Positions 63,290-64,000 of a stretch of 64,000 nucleotides of DNA are shown here, piece after piece; the stretch's first letter is position 1, and every line of letters begins with the position of its first letter. This DNA comes from an uncultured Verrucomicrobiota bacterium (GTDB taxonomy: Bacteria; Verrucomicrobiota; Verrucomicrobiia; Limisphaerales; UBA9464): contig CAZGIK010000026.1 of the NCBI GenBank assembly GCA_964525755.1, positions 8,168 to 72,167 on the forward strand, read 5' to 3'. The notes under the pieces were generated by a model, which was not told the DNA's origin, did no database searches, and saw only the letters and a list, made by a program, of their open reading frames with translations. The position numbers and the translations under genes were made by a program.

Positions 63290-64000
63290 CGGGTTGCCCC
63301 CGGGCGGCCGGGAACGGGGGCGGAGGTTGGGCGGCCTCCCGCGGGCCGGGAAGCGCAAAGCTCGATGAAATCGGCCGCCCGCCCGGCCACCACCGGCCAG
63401 TCCAGCTCCCGGGCCACCCGGGCCGCCGCCACCCGCCCCGCCGCCACCCGGGTCGCTTCCGGCATGTCGAGCCAGCCCAGGATCCCGTCGGCCAGGTCCA
63501 CCCCGTCGAACCGCGAGAACCGGATCGCCGCCTCGCCGGCGAAGTATCCCCGGAGGTTCTCCAGCGGGGTGCTCACCACCACCCGACCGCAGCCGAGATA
63601 CTCCACCGCCTTGGCCACGAAGGCGCAGTGGGTGCCGCGCGATTCCTCATAGGGAACCATCCCCACCACCGCCCGGCCCAGCTCCTCCCCGACCGCCTCG
63701 TAGGGCACGAAGCCCGGACATTCGAGACGCACCCCGGGCGCACGACGCCGGAGTTCGTCGGCGAAGCGACGCAGCCCCGGGGTGACGGTCCCGAGAAAGC
63801 GGAAGGTCACACCCGGCCGGCGACGGGCCGACGACGCGACCGCGTCCCGGGCGATCGGGCCCAGGTGATGCCGGTCGAACGACCCGTGCATCACCACCAC
63901 CGGATGCGCCGGGTCCGGCTCGGAGGCCGGCGGCCGGAACCGCGCGGCGTCGTACCCGTACTGGATCGCCCGGATCCGGTCCGCCGGATAGCCCGTCGCC
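63286..64000 (-). CDS. Glycosyltransferase family 1-like, C-terminal part (gene continues beyond the right edge)
   Basis: My translation stays open to 64000 (...IQYGYDAARFRPPASEPDPAHPVVMHGSFD...). GT-B C-terminal-domain features (FLGTV...VPYEE...ALKAVEYL-like AKAVEYLGCG). Confidence 0.65.
   Translation of the reverse strand, partial: ATGYPADRIRAIQYGYDAARFRPPASEPDPAHPVVVMHGSFDRHHLGPIARDAVASSARRRPGVTFRFLGTVTPGLRRFADELRRRAPGVRLECPGFVPYEAVGEELGRAVVGMVPYEESRGTHCAFVAKAVEYLGCGRVVVSTPLENLRGYFAGEAAIRFSRFDGVDLADGILGWLDMPEATRVAAGRVAAARVARELDWPVVAGRAADFIELCASRPAGGRPTSAPVPGRPGATR

Overview
High-GC bacterial chromosomal segment; sampled 60-nt lines are about 68% G+C. The gene content suggests a Verrucomicrobiota/Planctomycetota-type organism: a futalosine-pathway radical-SAM enzyme, a DUF1800/DUF1501 pair, FG-GAP/VCBS and CxxCH proteins, and giant secreted or membrane proteins. 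That taxonomic placement is inference only.

I support about 65 protein-coding genes and one tRNA-Gly(GCC). There is no rRNA and no CRISPR array. Most long ORFs in the six-frame track are antisense or out-of-frame artefacts of the high GC content.

- **Core genes:** rnc, ispF, tsf-rpsB, anmK, pgi, aroB, nrdR, lpxD-panD, psd, htrA, an mlaFED-like transporter, a PiT phosphate transporter, and others.
- **Accessory content:**
  - An intact vapBC pair at 8.4-9.1 kb.
  - A ParE-type toxin-antitoxin pair at 27.2-27.7 kb.
  - An RHH antitoxin gene truncated by a 961-bp IS5-family (IS1031-like) element at 28.1-29.1 kb.
  - An AT-richer lipoprotein islet at 29.1-29.8 kb.
  - An orphan vapC at 53.66 kb, translationally coupled to psd.
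- **Repeats:** intergenic regions are packed with at least six families of short hairpin or palindromic repeat modules arranged in mosaics. A nearly identical 219-bp direct repeat brackets the PiT gene.

The candidates I rank highest for a second look:
1. The psd C-terminal tail plus the orphan VapC.
2. The 1376-aa polytopic membrane protein with its secreted hydrolase and lipid kinase neighbours.
3. The Mla-like operon carrying an uncharacterised aromatic-rich short-repeat protein and an FHA/zinc-ribbon protein.
4. A thioredoxin-fold / heme c / PHM-like copper monooxygenase fusion.
5. A 186-nt element bounded by inverted repeats at the lpxD stop codon, which could be a 6S-like RNA or a MITE.

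All functional calls come from motif recognition by eye. No database search was run.
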